DNA of 64,000 nt from Mizuhopecten yessoensis (Eukaryota): the NCBI RefSeq assembly GCF_002113885.1, contig NW_018405566.1:1348-65347 (forward strand). The letters are read 5' to 3'. Position numbers and translations under genes: made by a program. The notes under the pieces are model-generated. The model saw only the letters and a program-made list of their open reading frames with translations, was not told the origin of the DNA and ran no database searches. This document shows positions 63,353-64,000 of the stretch, piece after piece (within the stretch, counting starts at the first letter, position 1; every line of letters begins with the position of its first letter).

Positions 63353-64000
63353 CTTGAAAGTGAAACTTTTGGTAAAATGGCACGATTAAAAGTCAAATTT
63401 GTTAGAATAGGTTAAGGTGTCGGCTATAATGTAAAAATAGTCAAAGCACCATTCGGCAGTTGTATAGACATGACGATAAAGACTACTGATGGAACATTAA
63501 TACAAGTTAATTATTAAAATGCCAATGAAACAAGCCTACAATGGCAGTTCCGTAAACCCATTAGACATTTTTTTAAATCACGCATCCGTAAATTTAAAAG
63601 TCTGAAAAAATACTCAAAACACAGCATAAAAAGTCTTAAGATTTTGATAGCCACCATCTAAGTATCTCAAAAGCCAATGTGGAACCGTAAAACCAATAAA
63701 ACTGGAATAATATATAACAAGCTATTTTCACCGATGTCGACTGCCATGCGCCGCCTTTCCCATCATTCATCTCCGATGGTTGATGACAATCGGACGGAGC
63801 ATAAAATATAATCGTATCCGAGGCTTGCCAGGGATTAGGACTTCATGAATATTACTCCGACAGATGATAAGTTTGTCATGCTCTCAAGATAAAGACATAT
63901 TTGTTAATATAACAATTATTCCAATGTCAATTAAATAACTAAATGTGGCCTCATATATTTACCTACATACATTGTATATACAGATTTGAGGATCACGTAA

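Noticed and set aside
63732-64000. First (signal-peptide) exon of the receptor near 63732-63747 or 63963-64000
   Set aside because: Phase-1 donors exist, but no convincing hydrophobic signal sequence is visible within the window.

Overview
AT-rich, intron-containing animal DNA, not prokaryotic. The SINE, Helentron-type and LINE repertoire suggests a mollusc, probably a bivalve (inference). There are two host loci. (1) A tandem segmental duplication carries two core-2/I-branching beta-1,6-GlcNAc-transferase (GCNT, GT14) copies: an intact 3-exon gene (31822-35113, +, 448 aa) and a 5'-truncated, frameshifted paralog (15951-18783). (2) A minus-strand gene of at least 11-12 exons (~41.7-57.7 kb) encodes a single-pass receptor: Ig-like, Ig, FN3, TM, then a cytoplasmic tail with three YxxI/L motifs and two 22-nt micro-exons. 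The rest is a dense TE and repeat landscape: a decayed Mag-type Gypsy element, Penelope, Nimb/I and CR1 remnants, Meta- and Deu-type SINEs, MITEs, Helentron-type elements and minisatellites. Three observations stand out. (a) A miniature LTR retroelement (TRIM) has LTRs carrying a 5S-rRNA Pol III promoter; it occurs as a tandem LTR-PBS-PPT-LTR array (51125-51965) and as a solo LTR (22712-22867) that is absent at the paralogous position. A second LTR nearby carries a tRNA-like Pol III cassette and a tRNA-His PBS. (b) A ~95-copy 31-bp minisatellite is an amplification of the receptor gene's own 5' splice site, and splice acceptors are tandemly duplicated at two other exons of the same gene. (c) The candidate immune or recognition receptor itself. 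All calls are from reading the sequence by eye; no searches were run.
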